Shown here one piece after another: positions 51,453 through 64,000 of a stretch of 64,000 nucleotides of DNA. This DNA comes from Eledone cirrhosa. Taxonomy: Eukaryota. The notes beneath the pieces were generated by a model. It worked only from the letters and a program-made list of their open reading frames with translations. It was not told the DNA's origin and made no database searches. The position numbers were made by a program, and so were the translations under genes. Every line of letters starts with the position of its first letter. Position 1 is the stretch's first letter. The stretch is from contig OZ024740.1 of assembly GCA_964016885.1 (NCBI GenBank), positions 64,790,001 to 64,854,000 of the forward strand, written 5' to 3'.

Positions 51453-52310
51453 ATATAAAGAGATAAATATATATATAAAAAATATAGATAAAGATGATAA
51501 TGACAAAAATAAAAGCAACGAAGGAGGGAGAAAGAAGAAAAGAAAAGATAGCCAAGAAGGGAGGGAAGGAAAGAAGAAAACGAAAATATAGAAGAGGAAT
51601 GAAGGAGAAGGGGGGTATATAGGTATTGGTTTTTGTGGGTAATTAAAAGGGTTTAGATACAACAAGAGGGTATAAAGTCTAAGTATATGCAGTTTGTCAG
51701 GTGGTAGTAAGAGGTTAAGGGTTCGATTTGCACTTGTAGTGTGAAAACTTCTCTTTGAGTCTATGGTTACAATAAATTGATCTTTCGATTTTATTGTTTA
51801 GTAACTTATTCTTTGAACTCAAGATGTGGAACAGCTCAAGATCACATAACCGACAGCTTCTCATACCACTCCGATATTGAGGCGCGTTCGATAATTTTTT
51901 CCACTTCAGGGTTTATTGATGGTTACTTTCCCTCAGTTGCCAGGTCTTGTTTGCAAGGGTAGTTACATAACGATGCTGGGAATATTTCATTGCGTAACGG
52001 TGTGTATACCAAGCGGCTTTAAATGTATTCCCAGTCGCTCCGATGTAATACCATTTCTGGTTGTCTGATTCCACTGTGCATTGGTAAACCAGGTTAGACT
52101 GCATACATTCATTATGTAATGGACAGGTTTCAGGTAGGTGGCAGTTACAATTCTTGTCATGAGCAACTTTGGCATTATTGGTGGGCTGCGATGCCTGTAC
52201 AAGTGTGTTACGTTTTGTTTGCCTATTAGCGGGTGGTTGTGTATTAGATATTCCGTTGTGTTCAATGGTGATTGTATTGTTATTGTTGTAAATTTGTGTT
52301 TTGGTGTTGT
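50965..52310 (-). pseudogene. Hydra-clade-like PLE 3' fragment (GIY-YIG + 3' UTR)
   Basis: NCNCHLPETCPL, NLVY..YYIGATG. A very degenerate HHR may lie near 51010-51112 (GAAACGGTCGTA). Confidence 0.8.
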
Positions 52311-52315
52311 TATGT

Positions 52316-53077
52316 ATCTTTTTATGTATCTTTTTAGCTCCCACATTTTGCCACCGATTTTGTTCAAATTTTAAAGCAAAATAGAATTTATCATTACACA
52401 TCCAATAATTGCTTTATATTTTGCATTGGCTCTTCAGGTACGGCGTGGCAGCCGCTTAAATATTCAAAAATACCACTTTTAGACTCAAATTTCCGCATTT
52501 TCGGCTCTAGATCTCACATTAATCAACCTACTTTGTTCAAAGTTTACACTACGCTAGATCTGATTATATTACGTCTTCAAATGACTTTACATTTTGGATA
52601 TTTTGTTCAGGAACGGCGTGGCAGCCGCTTAAATTTTCAAAATTACCACCTTTTCGCTCAAATTTCCGCATTTTCGGCTCTAGCTCCCACATTAATCAAC
52701 CTACTTTGTTCAAAGTTTACACTACGCTAGATCTGATTATATCACGTCTTCAAGTGGCTTTACATTTTGGATATTTTGTTCAGGAACGGCGTGGCAGCCG
52801 CTTAAATTTTCAAAATTACCACCTTTTCGCTCAAATTTCCGCATTTTCGGCTCTAGATCCCACATTTTTCAACCGTTCAAATTCGAAACTCCTTCCCCCA
52901 GCATGCCCCTTCGTCAGTCACCCGCGTTTCTCAGTGATATAGGTCATCATCTACCTCCCCAGCATGGCCTGTGTGTGGCCATAGATGAGTCATCGAGAAT
53001 GAGTCGCTAAGAGCAGCAGCTTTTCATCAAAACAGATATTATTTTACCTACCCAGACAACGCTGGGTACTGCTGCTA

Positions 53078-53078
<1 letters not shown>
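52316..53078 (+). mobile_element. Non-autonomous Helitron with an internal 173-bp tandem array
   Basis: 3' hairpin ACCCAG acaacg CTGGGT followed by CTAG|T at 53075-53078. The 5' boundary is approximate. Confidence 0.7.
52435..52868. repeat. 173-bp tandem repeat, ~2.5 copies
   Basis: Units start at 52435, 52608 and 52781. Confidence 0.9.
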
Positions 53079-53114
<36 letters not shown>

Positions 53115-54258
53115 TGTATACACAGTTTTCCAAGAGATGTCAACATGAAAGGACCTGTTATTTCTATCTAAAGACATTTTTTCCAATTCCATCCAGCCCA
53201 TCCCCTCAATCTATCTTATTTCTCATTCTTTCTCCCCATGAAGCGTCCGAAACGTTAAGCCCTCTTTCTGCTATTTCAAGTGTTAACCTAATATATTCCT
53301 TCCATATACTGTACCAACTGTGTTGTTATTTCTGTTTACCTTTTACATACATACATCGATACGCACACACACACACACAAATATATATACATGTGTTTGC
53401 GTGCACCCCTGCCAAAACGATATAATTGTAGGGACTCCGGGACTATGAGCACGCATATCTCGTTAGCGTGAACGTGTGCGGCGAGGCACACATATCTGAC
53501 GGTGTGTCCGAAGCTAACTATAATTCGTATAATATCTATGTGAGCGTGTTGTGCCAGTACAGGAGTGCAGGAAAATCAAGATGGATATTCCACATCTCCT
53601 TCCACGAGCAAATGTATCTAGTAATGTATATACGTGTGGCTTCTGTGTATCTTCTGTGTATGCGTTTGTGATGTGATGCATGAGTGTATATTTTACATTG
53701 ATGCATGTGTGGATGTGCATGCATGCGTGTGTGTCTCTGGATGTGTGTGTACGCATGTATATTTATATTTCCTTTTATATTCTTTTCACACAATATGCAC
53801 TGCACCGGTATCATGCCTCTACCCACAGCTTTGTAGCAACATTTTGAAAACAAATGTTTTATAGCCATTTCAAACACTAACCTCATAACACAATTCATTA
53901 CTTCATTAATTCTTTATAGCGCAAATCCCCATTAACGATGTCTAAACAGCTTACAAATAAACCCCACCCCGCAACTCACATCAACCATCTCTCCCCATCA
54001 CCACCTCGTCACTATGCTCATTGCCCAACCTATCATACATGCCAAGACATTCCTCATAACTAAACCACCAAAAACAACATAAACTGACCACATGAACGCG
54101 AAATATTACAGATATTTCTTTGCTTTATATGTTCAGGGGTCCGACGAGCTTTTGATTCCAGAGTCGGGCCAGATCGATACAGATTGAACCTTGAGCTGAT
54201 CAATAGCCAAATGCACGTCACCAATCAATAAACGTAATGAAGGCTTAACAAATCGTCC

Positions 54259-54345
<87 letters not shown>

Positions 54346-54348
<3 letters not shown>

Positions 54349-55872
54349 TCTTTGAGTCTCAGTCATTGATGTTAGTTAACGGGAAAGTTTGTTGAAATGA
54401 ATATCCAGCCACTACCTGCAGCCTCAGATATTCAGGACGTATCGGAGGGTTGTTGCTGTTCCCAGCAAGCATGCCTTTTGAAGCGTTTCAAAAAGCGTGA
54501 AGTGGCCAGTTTTCTTTAACCATCCCTGGAAACTTTTTGAGATAGTCCCTAGTGTGCCTATGACAATCGGGATTACTTTGACTTCATGGCAGTTCCAAAT
54601 CCTTTTTACCTCCCACTTTAAGTCCTGGTATCGGTTAATTTTCTCCCTCTCCTTCTCTTGCACTCTCGTGTCGAATGGGCAGGCCACATCCACAATCAGG
54701 CACGATCTTTTTTCTTTGTCAACAACCACCAGGTCAGGTCTATTGTGTTCCAGTTTCTTGTCCGTCTGTATCCTAAAATCCCACAGCACCTTCACCTGAT
54801 CGTTTTCTATCACCGCCTCTGGCTTATGCTCATACCACTTCTCAGAATGTGGTAAATTGTTTACTTTGCATAGGTGCCAGTGGATGACCCTGCCCATCAC
54901 ATCATGTCTCCAGCCCTTATAGTGAGTCTGGGCTAGGTGTTTACACTCGGATACAATGGGAGCCACAGTCTCCTCTCTCTCTCCACAGATCCTGCACAGT
55001 GGGCTAGCCTCCTCCTTGTAAATATGGTGTTTCAACCACTTCGTTTTGAGGGCCTGCTCCTGCGCAGCCATTAACATTCATTCTGTAGCCTTTTTAAGGT
55101 CTCCTCTGTTCAACCAGTTCCACGTCTGTGGATCTCTAAATTCAGTTTTCTCAAAGAAGGTACTATGAAGGGATTTTTCCTGAAGGCTGCTCTTTCTCCT
55201 TGATGTTATTTCCTCCTTGGGTATCCCCTGGCCTATTGTCCCCTCCTTCAGTACAGTTCTGAGCATTGGCTCCTTACTATCAGTCACGTATTTGTGTAGT
55301 TTGTTTTTCTCCATCTGAACACAGTCCTCTATGCTGATAAGACCCCAGCCACCTTCAGATCTCCTTAAGTAGAGTCTATCGACATCACTCCGCTTGTGGA
55401 ACATGTTGTAGATAGTCAATAGCTTCCTAGTCTTCCTATCCATTTCTTTTTGTTCAGCAACATTCCATCTCAGAATTCCCGCACTGTACCTAATAATAGA
55501 CACAGCTCGGGAATTTACTGCGTTTATGACATTTCTGCTGTTCAGATGTGACTTCAATACGCTCCCTACTCTCCGAATGTATTCAGTTCTTAACAATTCC
55601 TTCATTTTTTTTGTTCTTTATGCCATCAGCCTCCAGAACGCCCAAATACTTGTATCCTTCTTCAGAGTCAATTTCCTTTATCATCTCACCTGTTGGTATC
55701 TGGATTCCGTTACTTCTGCTCAACCTACCCCTCCTCATCACAATGACTCCACACTTACTAATACCAAATTGCATACATATATCACTGCTGAAAATACGGA
55801 CAGTGTCAACAAGCACATCCAACTCCTTCTCACTCTTCCTGAAGAGCTTAAGATCGTCCATGAAGAGGATGT
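54346..55872 (-). mobile_element. 5'-truncated R4/Dong-like LINE (RT C-terminus, zinc finger, REL endonuclease) in (TAA)n
   Basis: FMDDLKLF, YKYLG, CRICGEREETV, RPDLVVVD..IVDVACP; one stop and one frameshift; (TTA)n on both sides. Confidence 0.9.
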
Positions 55873-55873
55873 G

Positions 55874-55927
<54 letters not shown>

Positions 55928-58900
55928 TGCATTTATCTTGCTTTATGTTTATACGAGTTATCACCAAGTCACAACCAGTGACCTCAAGAGACAACAAGGT
56001 CCGCCATGTTCAAGAAAGAACACACATATTCACACATGCATCCTTAGTGTTTAGACTTGTGATGTACTTATATTGACAGGATCTTCCTTAGTATATGGGC
56101 AGTTCCCATTAGTACTATCTTTTGTATTTCTCCTATACGCGGGTTTACTGGGATTTGCGATAAGTAATTGTTAGACCCCTTAGGTATCATTCCCAGAGCG
56201 CCTACAACCACTGGTATTGTTTTAGTTCTCAATTTCCACATTTTTCCAATTTCTATCTCCAGTATACTTGCTCAATTTTTCAAATATTTTTATAGATACA
56301 TTCTTGTCTATTGAAACAGACATATCAATTAGCAGGCATACCCTCCTTTGAAAGTCCTTCAATATTATATCAGGTCTAATTGCATTTTTTTCGGTCTGTT
56401 TGGATGCTAAAGTTCCACAAGATTGAGATGTGATCTTTTTCAAGTATGGGGGGTGGTTGATGCTCCCACCAATTCTTTTGATGGGGCGGGTCAAAATGCT
56501 TACACATTATCCAATGTATGTATTGTGCAGCTCTGTCATGCCTGTTTAGGTATTCGGTTGGAGCTATAGGACTGCACATTGAAATTATATGGTCAATGGT
56601 CTCTGGTTGTTTTTTGCATACACGGCATAATGGGCTGCACATTTTTTATTATGTTGGCTTGGTAATTTTTTGTTGGCAGACACTGATCTTGTGCGGATAT
56701 AATCAGTCCTTCAGTCTCCGATTTCAGTCCAGAGGATGCCAACCACTGATGGGTTAAAGTTTTGTCAACATCAGGATTGTTAGCTCGCTCTGGGTATTTT
56801 CCATACAGAGGCTTTTCTTGCCATTTCTTAGCCAGTTTCTGTAGCAGTTCTTTCTTTGCAGTTACTTTTACCTGCTTTGCTTTTTCTGTGTTTTCCATTT
56901 CAGCAGTAAATGGGACTTCTGAAATTTGTAGTCCATTACTGTATCTTTGTGCATCTTTTGTAATGGAATATGATCTTTTGGTGCTTTCGTGTTTCAAAAC
57001 GAGTTTGATCATCCAATCATGTGATTCCCTTAGATATGTGGATAATCCAATTGTTGCAGTTTTCAACGCAATGTCTAACTGGATTAACCCACGTCCTCCT
57101 TCTTTCCTAGGGAGATATATTCTATCTATGTCTGCCTTAGGGTGATGCATTCTGTGCATGGTTAAGAATTTTCGGATTTTTGTATCGAGCCTACGGATCT
57201 CTGTGCTTGACCAGTTGATGACATTGTAACTGTAGGTTACTACTGGTATGGCAAGCGTGTTTATGGCATCGATCCTATTCCTTGCATTCAATTCCGTTCT
57301 TAAGATTGCTCTGACTCTGCGGTAACATTCCTTCCTTATCCTTTTCCTCATTGTCGAGTGCTTGATTCCGTCTCCTTCACAAACACCTAGATATTTGTAA
57401 GTTTGTTCTTGATCAAGCTCTCTTATCACGTTCCCCCGATCAAGATTAATGTCTGAACTCTTCAGCAGCTTTCCTCTGGTGAACGTTGCTTTGGCGCATT
57501 TATCCAGTCCAAACTCCATTTTAATGTCATCACTGAACTGCTTCACAGTGGATAATAGCCCTTGCAATTGTTCATCATTTTCTGCAAATAGTTTCAGGTC
57601 ATCCATGTAGAACAGGTGATTAATGGTTTTGTCATAGACTCTATATCCATGTTTTGTTTCATTGAGCATTTTACTTAATGGTATAAGTGCGATGCAGAAT
57701 AAAAGCGGTGATAAAGAGTCACCCTGAAAAATTCCACAATTAATGTTAACTTCTCCAGCTTCCAGTGATTTTGTTTCACTATTCAAAAGGAGTGTCGTTC
57801 TCCATGTCCTCATACTGAACGACAAAAACCTCCTGACAACGGGGGATATTTTGAAAATCTCTAGACATTTGTCAATCCAACTGTGTGGCAAACTATCAAA
57901 TGCTTTTTATAATCTATCCAAGCAATCGATAGATTTTTGTGTCTATTATGACAATCTTCCAGTATCATTTGTTAACCAGAAGCTGATCCTTACAGCCATA
58001 TGAGCCTCGTTTACACCCATTCTGCTCAATGGGAAATAGGTCATTTGTTATCAGGTGGTCATATGTGTATTCAGTTAGGACTGATGTTAAAATTTTATAC
58101 ATTGTGGTCAAGCAGGTTATCGGTCTGTAATTTTTGGGATTGTTTGTCTCATCATTCTTCGGTAGGAGGAATGTAATGCCGTTAACTAGCCATGATGGTA
58201 TCTTTTCTGGCTCCTTAACTATTTCATTGTAAAGTTGGGCTAACAGCTCATGAGACTCTGTGAAGGCATTTATCCAAAAGTTTTGTATTTTGTCTTTTCC
58301 TGGGGATTTCCATTTGCTGGTTTTTCTTAGAGCCAAGCGCAGCTGTTCAACTGTTATATTTTCCCATATTTGTTCTTCAAGGTGAGCTGTTTCTTTCATT
58401 TGTCTGTCTATCCATGGGGCATGTATGTTATGAACTTTTTCTTCGGCCCAGATCTTTTCCCAGAATTCTTGCACTTCCTCCTTGGGTGGTATTGATTTAG
58501 CAGTTATTGTTGACTTACCAATTTTTCTGTAGAAGTTTCTTTGGTTATTTTTGAACATATTATTGTCCTTATAGAATCTAGATCGTTTTTCAAAGCGCCT
58601 TATACGAGTAGCTTTGGCCGAAACTTTTTGCTTGATTGTTTCTATCAGCATGTCTATGTCACATGTTGATCTTATACTGTACTTTTTTTTCAATTTTCTA
58701 AGTTTAGTTTGTTTAACATGTTCACCTACTTTATAGTTTGTTAAAATTTCTATGTCAGATCGGAGAAGGTTTATTTGGCGATTGATGTTATCTTGCCAAG
58801 TAGATTTCTTGTGGGAATTCCTTTGTTTTTTCATCTTCACTCCACATAAGTGAGTGGTGACTTTAGCCGATGCATAATAGAGATGATTTAAGTCAGTAAT

Positions 58901-59870
58901 GTTTAGTTTGTTTGTGATGATAATGTTTTTGAGAATTATGTTAGTCTTGTGTATTATCTTTTGGTTCTGTTTGGAGTTCTGGATCTTAGGGAGGGTGTCT
59001 CGTTCCCCCATGTCAGATTCTTTCATTTTCATCCATTCGATCATAATTTCATCCTTCAAGTTGGCAAGTTCATTCTCATTCATTTCTTTATCATTTACGA
59101 TCTCATTATTTTCATTTTGAGTTTCATCCTGAGCATGCACTCCCTCCACTTTTTCGCTCCTTTCTTTAATTTGTTCTGTTGCCAGTGATTCCGCCCCAAC
59201 TCTGGGATTCGAAGTGTTACAGTTTACCTCGTTTTCACTGACACATGCTTCATTTTCCCTTCGCTGACTTTGTGCTACTAGCTTGATCTGATCAATTTCT
59301 ATTTCAGTTAGTAACTTTTTTCTTACAATATTTCTTCGTATATTGGCTAGTTTGTTACTGTCAATATAGCCTCTGTTTTCGGGATGTTTCTTTTTCCAGT
59401 TGATATAGGTTTGCGCTGTATTCGATGTATTTGATGGGTAGTACATGGCAGTGTAGAAAGCCTCAAGGACTTCTTTATTATCTTCCCTTGACCATTTTTC
59501 TCTCTTTTTCTTTGGATTTCTTGGTGGTGAGCATGGAGGGCCAACAGTAGGAGTATTCCGTTTATGGGAGGTCTCCAGCTCCGAAGTGATGGGAAGGTTT
59601 GAACCATTAGCTGATTTTTCGACCCCAGTCTGGTTCCTCTCTGAGGGACGCGGCCCTTTTTTACCCGGGTGACGGCCGATCCGGTATGAGATTTCATCAT
59701 TAGACATCTACTTTATTTTGTCGCGTTTTATCCTTATCCGCCAAGGGGTAATCTTTTCGTGTTACCACTTCTAGAACGAGTGTCAACCAAGACTAGAGGG
59801 GTCGTTCTCCCCTAGAGACATGGCTATTCCCCGCCGGCCGCCATCCCGGTATTTCTTGGTCACGGGGTTT
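55928..59870 (-). mobile_element. Near full-length decayed R4/Dong-like LINE
   Basis: Frames 57965-59707, 56593-57891, 56376-56642 and 56222-56494 carry KSPGKD, NYRPITCL, GIFQGDSLSP, YMDD, CRVC..HIISMC and RPDI. The 3' end abuts (TAA)n. Confidence 0.9.
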
Positions 59871-60689
59871 TCTTTTTGTTGTTTTTTTTAAATTGTTATT
59901 ATCATGAGTGGTTCCTTAATGTGAGCATTGAGTGGCTTAAGAATGAACTTATTAATAACTGTCTCCACTCCAGGCACAAGGCCAGCAATCACCCAGTGCA
60001 TTACAATAATATAATATACTTTTTGTTGTAGTTGGCTGTTATTGCTGCTGGCTATGTCGGTGGTGGTGCCGAGGCTTTTTATATTGTTGGTGAGGAAGGG
60101 GTGAGCCAGCAGTCCCATAATTGTTGATGTAGACGTGTGTCCGTGGCAAGGTCACCAAGTCAATCTATTTATATCTTTTGCTAGCCTCTCTCTTGTCTAG
60201 TGCTACCACCACCTTCCCTTTTCTCTCTCAAGTTAACAGGGGAATAGTGTCAGTAGCATTGAATGAGTGGTGGCGGCGATGATGGATGTGGTGGGGTGGT
60301 GGCAGCGGTGGTGTTGTGGTTACTGATATAGTATCTATGAGTTTGTGTTCGTATGTTTAATATATATTTTCATTATATTTTGTGTTGACATATTCCCGTA
60401 AAATTTGAATTAAACATTTTTTAAAATTTGAGACAATAATAATAGTAATTATTATTATGATGCCGGTGAAGTTGCCGTTATATTTAGTGTGATGGGATAG
60501 GTAGTGTATCAAGTTTCTGGTGTTGGTGAAATTGAAATTGCCGCTGTTCTATATAGTGTAGACAGAGGGTGTTTTGTTCCATTTATAACCATTTTCTTTT
60601 TTTGAATACAAAATATATAATACAAAATTGAATATTTGAGCGATACAACAATATAATATGGATCCGAAACTTTATGGGACCTCATGATG

Positions 60690-61226
60690 TTATTTAACTG
60701 GAAAGTTTGTTGAAATGAATATCAAGCCACTACCTACAGCCTCAGATATTCAGGACGTATTGGAGGGTTCTTGCTGTTCCCAGCAAGCATGCCTTTTGAA
60801 GTGTTCCAAAAAGCGGGGCTGGACTAATTTTCTTTAACCATCCTTGGAAACTCTTTGAGATAGTACCTAGTGCGCCTATGACAATCGGGATGACCCTGAC
60901 TTCATGATAGTTCCAAATCCTTTTTACCTCCCACTTTAAGTCCTGGTATCGGTTAATTTTCTCCCTCTCCTTTTACACTCTCGTGTCAAATGGGTAGGCT
61001 ACATCTACAATCAGGCATGATCTTTTTTCCTTGTCCAAAACCACCAGGTCAGGCCTATTGTGTTCTAGTTTCTTGTCCGTCTGTATCCTAAAATCCCACA
61101 GCACCTTCACCTGATCGTTTTCTATCACCGACTCTGACTTATGCTCATACCACTTCTCGGAATGCGGTAAATTGTTTACTTTGCATAGTTGCCGGTGGTT
61201 TACGCTGCCCATCACATCATGTCTCT
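60690..61226 (-). mobile_element. R4/Dong-like 3' fragment (same family as 54346-55872)
   Basis: Collinear with 54380-54910; 5' junction at (TAA)n. Confidence 0.85.
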
Positions 61227-61250
61227 TATTATTATTATTATTATTGTTAT

Positions 61251-61339
61251 TGACTTTGCCTTTCATCCTTACGGGGTCGATAAAATAAAGTACCAGTAAT
61301 GCACTTGGTATATGCTGGCCTTGTGCCTAAAGTAGAAAC

Positions 61340-61345
<6 letters not shown>
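61251..61345 (+). mobile_element. SINE 3' part
   Basis: Core and tail as at 13372. Confidence 0.75.
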
Positions 61346-61395
<50 letters not shown>

Positions 61396-61882
61396 AGTGA
61401 TTGTGATTCAGTGAATTACTGATGGTTCTATCAAAACGAACAACCAGTACACTGATAGAGTGTATATATTAAGAAAAACTGATGTTTCTCTTACTTGTAT
61501 TCCGCTTTATTTTGTATCGACCTATTACGTGCGTTTGACAGACGATTGTCTCAGGTTCATTCATAGAAGTGATGGACATAAATCCATCATCGATCTGCTC
61601 TTCAAACGGGTGATCTAACAAAATATATAGTTTCTTGGATCACCGGTATGAATCGGATCCATAACTTCTATGGATGACCCTCAACCAATCCTCTGCGTGA
61701 CGCGACGATACATAGTAAAACGCCAAATACATTTAAACGAAACTTCCTCGTTTTCATTAATATATATATATATATAGTGAAAGACTGAGGAGTAACATGG
61801 TTGGCTGTACAACAAGCGAAGAAGGGAGCTTATATGAATAAAAACATAAATGCAATCACACAGCTCGCCATATATATATATA

Positions 61883-64000
61883 ATGTATAATAAACAATAA
61901 CCTCATTATCAGAGGTTTCCCAAAAAAGACGAATACAAGAAACGGCCTCATTCGTTCGTCAGACAAGGCAATTTAAAACAGTGAAATATTTGAAAAATCT
62001 CCTCAAAAAAGGCAAAAGTTTAAGGGGCAAAAGAAATATGTTAATAAAAGTATTGCAAGAGATATATATATATAAATAAAATAAGGAAATATAGTAAGGG
62101 TATGTGTATAAATGTGTGTATATGCACCTACAAATGTACCTATGTGTGTATGTACAAATGCATGTGTATAGTGAAAAAATGTGTGCGTAAGTACATACAT
62201 GAGGGTAAAAATATCAGTGTATGTGTGACCACAAATACGTATATAATATATGTTGAAAAAAAGAAATTGTAAGATAATAGAGTTAACGTATATACAGACT
62301 CAGGCACTAAGGATTGAAATATATACGCATACAAGCAAGAAAGCACGCGTATAAACACACACACACGCGCAACCACATACATGCAAGTGATATATATACA
62401 TGGAAGGGAGTGTATCAGTCAAAGCAGTGTCAGGCTGAAGGTCGATGCATATATAAAAATATCTAAAATAGGAAAATGAAAAAATGAAAAAATATATGAG
62501 AATAAAAAAATTAAATCAAAGAGAAGTAAGAGGGAGGAGTTATCAATTGTAAAGTAACACTAGAAAAATAGAAAACCAGAATAGGTTCGAAAATACACAT
62601 ATATATAAATACGTGCAGACAAAAGCACATACATGCGTACATACATACAAAAGCTCGCATACATACACACGAAGCACATATATATACATGCATGTACATC
62701 TGATCACACGCACGCACGCGACCATATATATATACATTTATATATATACATATACATATACACACACACACATATATATAAGTATGTAAAAAACATAGAT
62801 ATAAATACAGACATACACACAGACATATACACATACGAATGCATTCGTATACATATACACACACGTATACACACATAGGCACACTCACACGCATAGATAC
62901 AATATAAAAACCACCCGTATGAATAAATGAGTACAAATTATACGCAAGTAAACATACATAAAAGCGGCTGAGGGACAACATAATATATCTGGAGTTCAAA
63001 ACGCAAGTGACCAGTCATATCAGGTAGTGAAAGAAAAGGGGAAGTAAAATATGTTAAATTGTGAAGATATAAAGTAAGTGAATAAAAAAACGTGAAGTAA
63101 AAATAAAGTTAAAAATAAAAATAAAAGTAAATCAGAAAGAGAAGTCTGTAAAGAGGGTAATTTAAGGAAAGTGAAGAACAAGAGTTTATGGAGGATAAGT
63201 ATCTGAAAGTGAGTTAAGTTTATATGAGCTGGAAAGCAATTGTGAGTTCATGTGTGGGCAACTGGAGAAAATGTCTGTTTTTGCATTTAGGCAGGTTTTT
63301 GGTGATTTAAGGTTCTGTAAAATCCAATATTTTTCACTTATGCAGAGTGCGCATCTTCTTGTTCCTCTTGCATATTCTTTAGATTGGTTCAAAATTGACC
63401 AATCTAATTTATATTGGATACCTTGGTCTTTCAATACCCATATTCTGCTAACCAGAGCTGTTGTAAATCTTTTTTCAGGATGTCGCAAAAGATGCGACAT
63501 GTGAGTAATAACGCGTTTTGAATTTGTCTTGGGTCATATCCACATATCATTCGCTGGTGGCTGGTGGGTTGTTGCTGGTGGTTGTCATTTAGCCGCATAT
63601 ACAATGGCTTTGGTGTTGCATTTACCTTGTCATGGGCATTAACTTTTGACTCTTCAGGAGCAATTTTGATGTTCTCTGGGTATTTTCTTATTGAGGATAT
63701 AAGATTTAATAGGGGGATGGCAGGAGTAGCTGGTTTTGACAACGTTTCTATTGAAGACCTTATAGTATCTATGTGTTCTAGGGAAATGTTTATCTAAGAA
63801 TTTTTGCCTACATTAGTTTTAACTGCTAAAGAGTAGGGGGGTGTAAACCAGATTATTTTTCTTTTCCTATTATTAGGTTTAAAGGAGTTAGTATTGTTGG
63901 GTATGTACTTAATCGGTTCGCTAAATCTGCTATTTTGAAGGGCTTTATTGAGAATAGCTTCTGAGGACGAGAGGGTGGAAATCCTACGGCTAATATTAGG
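61883..64000 (-). mobile_element. Hydra-clade-like PLE (endonuclease C-terminus + ~1.3 kb 3' UTR), continuing past the window end
   Basis: TTALVSRIWVLK..YKLDWSIL..CALCISEK..SSCPH; near 63850 the minus strand encodes IIWFTPPYS. Confidence 0.8.
61901..61968 (-). ncRNA. Probable (degenerate) hammerhead ribozyme at the PLE 3' end
   Basis: CCTTGT-CTGACGA-ACGAAT..ATTCGT..-GAAA..TA-ATGAGG; stem III is weak. Confidence 0.55.

Noticed and set aside
52435-52868. CRISPR-like array
   Set aside because: These are whole-unit tandem repeats with no unique spacers, in a eukaryotic context.
54125-54196. CCGACGA...GATA-CAGATTG hammerhead-like motif
   Set aside because: Several core positions are altered; possibly a relic but not supportable. 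The motifs near 16685 and 46600 were rejected for the same reason.
55078-55080. In-frame TGA in the Dong ORF as selenocysteine or programmed readthrough
   Set aside because: It falls at a usual Gly position (TEG) in a truncated, frameshifted copy, so a simple nonsense mutation is more likely.

Overview
This is an AT-rich animal genomic window made almost entirely of retroelements and microsatellites; I found no host protein-coding gene. The SINE family suggests an octopus or other cephalopod, which is inference only. Penelope-like elements (PLEs) inserted into (TA)n tracts dominate: one intact Penelope/Poseidon-type element (860 aa RT + GIY-YIG ORF) with a head-to-head inverted copy, one Neptune-type copy, and about six Hydra-clade-like copies. 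Also present are a decayed Tx1/L1 LINE, three R4/Dong-like LINEs in (TAA)n, an RTE-like fragment, a hAT element with TIRs and TSD, a non-autonomous Helitron, a mariner fragment and tRNA-derived SINEs. The main hidden signal is about 25 minimal type I hammerhead ribozyme (HHR) motifs on both strands, from many different families and often with variant cores (CAGAAGA, CCGAAGA, CAGACGA). Several sit in non-coding 430-640 nt tandem units (retrozyme-like) or in long head-to-head palindromes, pointing to non-autonomous ribozyme RNAs mobilised by PLE reverse transcriptases. All folds were read by eye and none has been tested.
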